This document shows positions 25,166-29,490 of a stretch of 29,490 nt of DNA, piece by piece. Below the pieces are notes generated by a model that ran no database searches, was not told the DNA's origin, and was given only the letters and a program-made list of their open reading frames with translations. How positions within the stretch are numbered: position 1 is the first letter of the stretch; the number at the start of each line of letters is the position of its first letter. The stretch is from IMG/VR virus record IMGVR_UViG_3300043410_001082, positions 1 through 29,490 of that record. One strand, given 5' to 3'. Position numbers and translations under genes: made by a program. Origin of the DNA: a virus (Duplodnaviria > Caudoviricetes).

Positions 25166-25602
25166 TAGAAGTCCTCCGTTACTAGAGTTAGATTTTCAAT
25201 ATCATCTAGCCCGCGATCGTCGTCGGCGGGTTCAAAGCTACCACCGTAATAGCCATTATGACTATTCCGAACTTCGATGTCAATATAGCCGCGGTCAGTG
25301 TGAATAGTCCAAAATGCTTCTTGAACTACTTCGTAACCATCTTCATTGCCATCCCTGTTATCGTTCCAACCTTTGCTTTCTGCTTTAATTACCAGAGCGC
25401 CACGCAACAAATCAAACTCGTTGCCTTTGCCAACAACGTCAACGCCAGTGATGTGATTAACCCAAACGTTGTTACAACAATCTCCACTGGTATCGTAGCG
25501 ATAGAATTTGCCGTTTACATCACGAAACACCAGTGCCCAATTATCGTTGCCGACAAATACACCGTTAATTCTTTTACCAACCAAATTACTAAATGTTGAC
25601 AT
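25165..25602 (-). CDS. Hypothetical phage protein (DCC...NGYYG motif)
   Basis: 145 aa in a coupled operon. Confidence 0.72.
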   Translation of the reverse strand: MSTFSNLVGKRINGVFVGNDNWALVFRDVNGKFYRYDTSGDCCNNVWVNHITGVDVVGKGNEFDLLRGALVIKAESKGWNDNRDGNEDGYEVVQEAFWTIHTDRGYIDIEVRNSHNGYYGGSFEPADDDRGLDDIENLTLVTEDF

Positions 25603-25901
25603 TACTCTGTACTCAAAATTTTCATTACTAGTTTCTTTTCATAGGCTTGTTGATGTTCGTTTTTACGCAACCAGCCACGGATAGCTTCTTCGCTGCCCCA
25701 ACTACCGTACGGAGCATTATGACAAACCCAAGCAGCTATACTTGCAAGATGTTCACGGTTAACGTGATCAGCTCTCATAGAAGCAGCCATTAAATCGTTA
25801 CGCAACACCGCCATCAAAAAGCTGCCGGGTTCGTAGCAATGATTGAAATAGTTCATAAGAGCTTCGTGTGTGTGCTCCGGAACATAACCACTACCCATCA
25901 T
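25602..25901 (-). CDS. Hypothetical phage protein (PGSFL.AVL.NDL...WGS)
   Basis: 99 aa in a coupled operon. Confidence 0.72.
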   Translation of the reverse strand: MMGSGYVPEHTHEALMNYFNHCYEPGSFLMAVLRNDLMAASMRADHVNREHLASIAAWVCHNAPYGSWGSEEAIRGWLRKNEHQQAYEKKLVMKILSTE

Positions 25902-25902
25902 A

Positions 25903-26211
25903 TTAGACTTTCAACATAGACCAGAAAGCTGTCTTTTCCAGGTCTGCTTGAAACTCCGGATACACAGAATCGAGATCTGCACGTTTGATTTTTTTGTAAC
26001 CTTTGCTCTCTTTGGAATCGGCCAGTTTCTCAATATTCCAATCGTATGTGTCTCGATGCATTTTAGTCTGCAACTTCTTGCCACGGCGACCCCAAAAGCT
26101 AACATAAGTGCCACTCCAGCCATCGCCTGTAAGTTTAATCATACCCCAAACTTTGTCAGCGTTGGTAGCTTCGTCTTTGCACCATCCGATAAAAGTGTAT
26201 TCAATACTCAT
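25903..26211 (-). CDS. WGR-like domain protein
   Basis: DKVW...WGRRG...K..KGY pattern. Confidence 0.65.
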   Translation of the reverse strand: MSIEYTFIGWCKDEATNADKVWGMIKLTGDGWSGTYVSFWGRRGKKLQTKMHRDTYDWNIEKLADSKESKGYKKIKRADLDSVYPEFQADLEKTAFWSMLKV

Positions 26212-26242
26212 TTTAAACTTTCTTGTGTGTTAGTGTGTAAAC

Positions 26243-26271
26243 ATTATACAGCCAAAAGACTGCCCTGTCAA
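26243..26271 (-). promoter_or_regulatory. sigma70-type promoter TTGACA-N17-TATAAT
   Basis: Perfect consensus in an intergenic gap. Confidence 0.85.
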
Positions 26272-26284
26272 GCAGGGCGTGTCT

Positions 26285-26542
26285 TTATTTTAACGACAAT
26301 AGCGTTTGTGTTATAAGAGTTTCGTTTCGAACACCGATCCAAAATACTCTATTTCCACTAACCTTACTTTTCTTGCCGTAAAAGCTACCCCAGCATTTCT
26401 CATTATTCCAGGACAACCCGTATTTCCTGGTCAGAGAATTTTCTATGGTCATCATTTCTGGTTCCCAACCATCAAATCTAAATGCATGGGTGAACCCTTG
26501 TTTTCCTAGTCTGTGTCTACGATTTAGTTTAACAACTTTCAT
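26285..26542 (-). CDS. Hypothetical protein
   Basis: Start reassigned to the ATGA overlap at 26542. Confidence 0.65.
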   Translation of the reverse strand: MKVVKLNRRHRLGKQGFTHAFRFDGWEPEMMTIENSLTRKYGLSWNNEKCWGSFYGKKSKVSGNRVFWIGVRNETLITQTLLSLK

Positions 26543-27057
26543 ATATCTCCATCTCTTGATTTGGGTATAATAAATCCCCAATCAGTCTCAATTCCGTTAA
26601 TAGTGTGCGGCTCGTTTTCGTCGTAGGTCCAACCGAGCTCTTTCATCATTTTATGTTTGACCAATAGATTAGGGCTACGAAAGGCCTCGCAGTCGTTAAA
26701 CCCCATCATCACCCCAACTTCTGCAACAGCACCTGAGCGACATACGCCTGCGTGACAATGAACAACAACATTCATTCGTTTGTCCATTGCGTGTTGAAGA
26801 AGTTTAACAAGGCTTGCAGCCTGATCGTCTGTAATCATACCCCAGCTCATGTCAATCTTCTCACCGGTTCCATTATTAGACAAGCCGTCGTCTTCGATGT
26901 CTAAAAACTTAAATTGATGAGTTTCTTTAAATGTGTGCTTAGGTACAGGAAACTCCATGTCTGGATCAACAATTTGAATCAGCATAGAGTTATCGCCGGC
27001 ATTATGATGTCGGCCTTTTGGGATATCAGCTAATGCTACATTTTCGATCCAGGGCAT
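26539..27057 (-). CDS. Cys-based (CX5R) dual-specificity/tyrosine phosphatase-like protein
   Basis: VHCHAGVCRS, FLD general-acid loop and PN motif; AAGGAGG Shine-Dalgarno. Confidence 0.85.
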   Translation of the reverse strand: MPWIENVALADIPKGRHHNAGDNSMLIQIVDPDMEFPVPKHTFKETHQFKFLDIEDDGLSNNGTGEKIDMSWGMITDDQAASLVKLLQHAMDKRMNVVVHCHAGVCRSGAVAEVGVMMGFNDCEAFRSPNLLVKHKMMKELGWTYDENEPHTINGIETDWGFIIPKSRDGDI

Positions 27058-27066
27058 AACGCCTCC

Positions 27067-27435
27067 TTATTTTTTCAGTGCTTCCAGGTTAGCAAGAAGT
27101 TCTCCCCATTGCTGACTAGGATTTTTACCTTTGTCTAATCCGCGAAGGATTACCATTAACTGCTCGTCTTCTGGAAGTCTAAAGTAGATGTTTGCGTATG
27201 TACAATCAAAGCTATCATCTTCATCGTGACTGTACCAGGAATGCTCCGACATTTCTTCAAAGACATCTTCGTAGTCTTCCCGATTGCCGCCACCATTGCG
27301 TGTGTGAACAACAATGAAACCATTCTCCATGTAGACGTTACGAAAGCGACCAAAGTCTGCTTGTGTTTTACCTAAGAGTTCTAACAGTTTGTTAGAGTCC
27401 GGATTCTGACCAAAAACCATGTTGTACAAACTCAT
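27067..27435 (-). CDS. Hypothetical phage protein (TRNGGGNR motif)
   Basis: Start at the ATGA overlap at 27435. Confidence 0.7.
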   Translation of the reverse strand: MSLYNMVFGQNPDSNKLLELLGKTQADFGRFRNVYMENGFIVVHTRNGGGNREDYEDVFEEMSEHSWYSHDEDDSFDCTYANIYFRLPEDEQLMVILRGLDKGKNPSQQWGELLANLEALKK

Positions 27436-27707
27436 GATAATTCCTTGTCTTGTAAAATATCCCAAGCAACACCGTGCCAGGGTTTAAAAGTAACGTTCTG
27501 TGTCCAGGCTTCTTTTAGAATGATCTCACTCCACACACCTTCGCTGTCTTTGTAGACTACACGGGGATGTCCTTGGAAATTTGACCACACATCTTGTAGG
27601 ACCGCATAAGCATCGTTTGTGACACTCATGCGTCCCAGGTTAAGATCCTCGATGAAAATAATTCTACGAGGGCCGTTAAATGTAATGACTCTGTAATCGC
27701 TTCTCAT
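27432..27707 (-). CDS. Hypothetical phage protein (SVTNDA motif)
   Basis: Start reassigned to ATG 27707, just after the upstream stop. Confidence 0.65.
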   Translation of the reverse strand: MRSDYRVITFNGPRRIIFIEDLNLGRMSVTNDAYAVLQDVWSNFQGHPRVVYKDSEGVWSEIILKEAWTQNVTFKPWHGVAWDILQDKELS

Positions 27708-27711
27708 AGTC

Positions 27712-28482
27712 TTACCAACTAAATTGAATACGTGCTTCTTTGAGAGGATCAGGAGTAATCCAATTTTCTGGCACATCTGGAATAACAGGAATGGTCTTTG
27801 TGTCACCGCCCAATGCCTTCCATTGGCGTTCGCGTTCACGATTCTCCAAACTGATCCAATCCTTGCGACTTTGTTCTTCCCACATTACTGGAAAGTCAGC
27901 AGCCCAAATCTTTACATCGTAGCTGTAGCTCTTGCAATCTTCGCCAGAACCGCCGCCACCACTACCTGTGCAGATACCAGTTTCTTCAAAGTAGTCAGAA
28001 CCAAAACCATCACGCATGTAGGTCTGTCCTTTGTACTTGTGATTACCGGGTTTTACTTTGATATTAAGACGCCCATACCAACCGGGATACTTTTTAGGAA
28101 ACTCATCTCGTTGCATAAAGTTCTGAACACCGCCATTGCGGGGGCAACTGTGAGTATTACCGTGATTACCAAATCGCATATTGGTGAGCTCAACTTCAAC
28201 ATACTCGTGAAAATCGTGATGACGTTTTCCATCGTACCAACGACGACTAAGTCCGTTAGCAAAGAACCAGGCCCAATTATCTTTAATGAACTGGTTAAGT
28301 TCGTCGATGCTAGCAACCTGCCCCATGCGATTTAGAAAATCTACACGGTTGCGTTTAGCTTCTTCAATCTTGCGCTCTTGTCTGCGCTTGGCAGCAAGTT
28401 TGCGGAGATGTGCTTGATATTTCTTTTTATCTTCAAAGAGCTTGCCGTCTGCATCGCTCTTCCAAACAAGTACTTGGCTCAT
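27712..28482 (-). CDS. Hypothetical phage protein
   Basis: 256-aa ORF downstream of a sigma70 promoter; THSCP and TGSGGG motifs. Confidence 0.78.
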   Translation of the reverse strand: MSQVLVWKSDADGKLFEDKKKYQAHLRKLAAKRRQERKIEEAKRNRVDFLNRMGQVASIDELNQFIKDNWAWFFANGLSRRWYDGKRHHDFHEYVEVELTNMRFGNHGNTHSCPRNGGVQNFMQRDEFPKKYPGWYGRLNIKVKPGNHKYKGQTYMRDGFGSDYFEETGICTGSGGGGSGEDCKSYSYDVKIWAADFPVMWEEQSRKDWISLENRERERQWKALGGDTKTIPVIPDVPENWITPDPLKEARIQFSW

Positions 28483-28513
28483 TGCTGTCTTTCTGTGTTA
28501 CTGTATGTGATTT

Positions 28514-28542
28514 ATTATACAGCCAAAAAACAAAAAAGTCAA
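28514..28542 (-). promoter_or_regulatory. sigma70-type promoter TTGACT-N17-TATAAT
   Basis: Near consensus; shares TTTTGGCTGTATAAT with the promoter at 26243. Confidence 0.8.
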
Positions 28543-28551
28543 GGGATTATA

Positions 28552-28812
28552 TTAGACACCCTTACCGGTTTTGATTGTATTAAACACTGAGTATTTGTCG
28601 TAATGCTTTTGCATACGTTTATTGCGCCATTTTCCAAATATATTTACGTGTCTCTCAAGTCCTCTTAGTGCTTGCTGTCTAAACCAAAACGGATTAATCG
28701 AGCACAGAATAAGACCAACAAGTGCATATATAGCACCAGGAAGAGTATACAAAAAGAACAGGAATTTATACCTAGCAGGTAACCGACTTACAACTGGATC
28801 TAATTCAATCAT
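28552..28812 (-). CDS. Small membrane protein
   Basis: 86 aa with a hydrophobic segment. Confidence 0.65.
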   Translation of the reverse strand: MIELDPVVSRLPARYKFLFFLYTLPGAIYALVGLILCSINPFWFRQQALRGLERHVNIFGKWRNKRMQKHYDKYSVFNTIKTGKGV

Positions 28813-29071
28813 CGCTGTGCTTAATTTTGTTTAACAATTGTTTCTGTTTTTCGTCGCAGCCGTTGGCACGATCAATACAACCAACGATAAAGAGCGGAAG
28901 AATAAAGATTGCGCCAATAGCCATTCCTCCTAGGAATCCATAGAAGCCGCCTTTCTCAATTCCTGCGAAACCACAAATAAGTATCAGCATCACTACCATG
29001 TCTTTGCCTGGATGATCGCCGTATCCTTCGAGGTATCCTGCACCTCGCCAAATTTGTTTAAAGAACCGCAC
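28805..29071 (-). CDS. Small two-TM membrane protein
   Basis: Two hydrophobic segments; start uncertain (GTG 29071 chosen). Confidence 0.6.
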   Translation of the reverse strand: MRFFKQIWRGAGYLEGYGDHPGKDMVVMLILICGFAGIEKGGFYGFLGGMAIGAIFILPLFIVGCIDRANGCDEKQKQLLNKIKHSDD

Positions 29072-29225
29072 GGCGCTTATCTTCCTCGGCGTCAATCTTA
29101 GCTACTGCTTCTTTTAAAGTAGTACCCATATTGCCAACGTACTGTACACCGTCTTTCCAGTGTGCATAGCGCCACAGGGCTTCACGCATACCTTCGTAAT
29201 ATGCATCAAGTTCTTTATCTGTCAT
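29058..29225 (-). CDS. Hypothetical protein (55 aa)
   Basis: Read manually: MTDKELDAYYEGMREALWRYAHWKDGVQYVG...; TAATG-coupled to the upstream ORF; absent from the supplied track. Confidence 0.7.
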   Translation of the reverse strand: MTDKELDAYYEGMREALWRYAHWKDGVQYVGNMGTTLKEAVAKIDAEEDKRRAVL

Positions 29226-29419
29226 TACTTGCTCCTAACGCAACGATAGTTTTCGTGTTTTAATCCTAATTGGCGGGCAGCTTCTTCACACTTGGCCTGG
29301 CCAGTACCTGCACTAAAATCATGATACTCGCCGATAGGGCGCCAGTCGTATGCTTTATTTTGGTGGTGCCGATCACCAGCCATTGCTACTACTGTCCAAA
29401 GATATAATGTGTAGATCAT
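29225..29419 (-). CDS. Small hypothetical protein
   Basis: 64 aa, hydrophobic N-terminus, two Cys. Confidence 0.6.
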   Translation of the reverse strand: MIYTLYLWTVVAMAGDRHHQNKAYDWRPIGEYHDFSAGTGQAKCEEAARQLGLKHENYRCVRSK

Positions 29420-29490
29420 TCTGTGCCTGCATTTTTAATAATAAACATTGTAACTTCAGGACCATCAAGTTTAACACAATCCACAGGATA

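Noticed and set aside
24552-25307. 251-aa plus-strand ORF
   Set aside because: Antisense shadow of three coupled minus-strand genes; no Shine-Dalgarno or recognisable motifs.
27724-28335. 203-aa plus-strand ORF (and other short antisense ORFs in the track)
   Set aside because: Entirely antisense to better-supported genes.
1-29490. CRISPR array, integrase, transposase or intron/intein
   Set aside because: No regularly spaced repeats or corresponding protein motifs were seen by eye.

Overview
This window looks like part of a large lytic dsDNA phage genome. Support: densely packed short hypothetical ORFs, thyX, a T4 Rnl1-like RNA ligase, a PNK-type kinase and phosphoesterase, and an Mtd_N-type fibre protein. 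The host is probably Gram-negative, since the window encodes a beta-barrel outer-membrane protein and a Bug/TctC protein. Both flanks (1-3400 and 21000-29490) are entirely minus-strand and carry near-consensus sigma70 promoters. Between them lies a ~17 kb, strand-alternating enzyme island (4116-20937), bracketed and split by three related GGACC-loop-GGTCC terminators. The island encodes eight Fe(II)/2OG-type oxygenases, a Rieske oxygenase, four PP-loop (SGGxDS-type) ATP pyrophosphatases, three GNAT-like proteins, an acyl carrier protein, a membrane desaturase, an NMO/FabK-like flavoenzyme, TctC and tandem DUF2061, with a putative virion fibre gene in the middle. Nearly every transcription unit there is preceded by a (TA)TAAATA T4-late-like motif, mostly as back-to-back divergent pairs. 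The best candidate new system is a late-expressed, phage-encoded acyl/amide tailoring pathway, possibly modifying the virion. An aberrant 111-nt Leu-like tRNA with no canonical anticodon loop lies just left of the island. All family calls come from reading motifs by eye; no database search was run.
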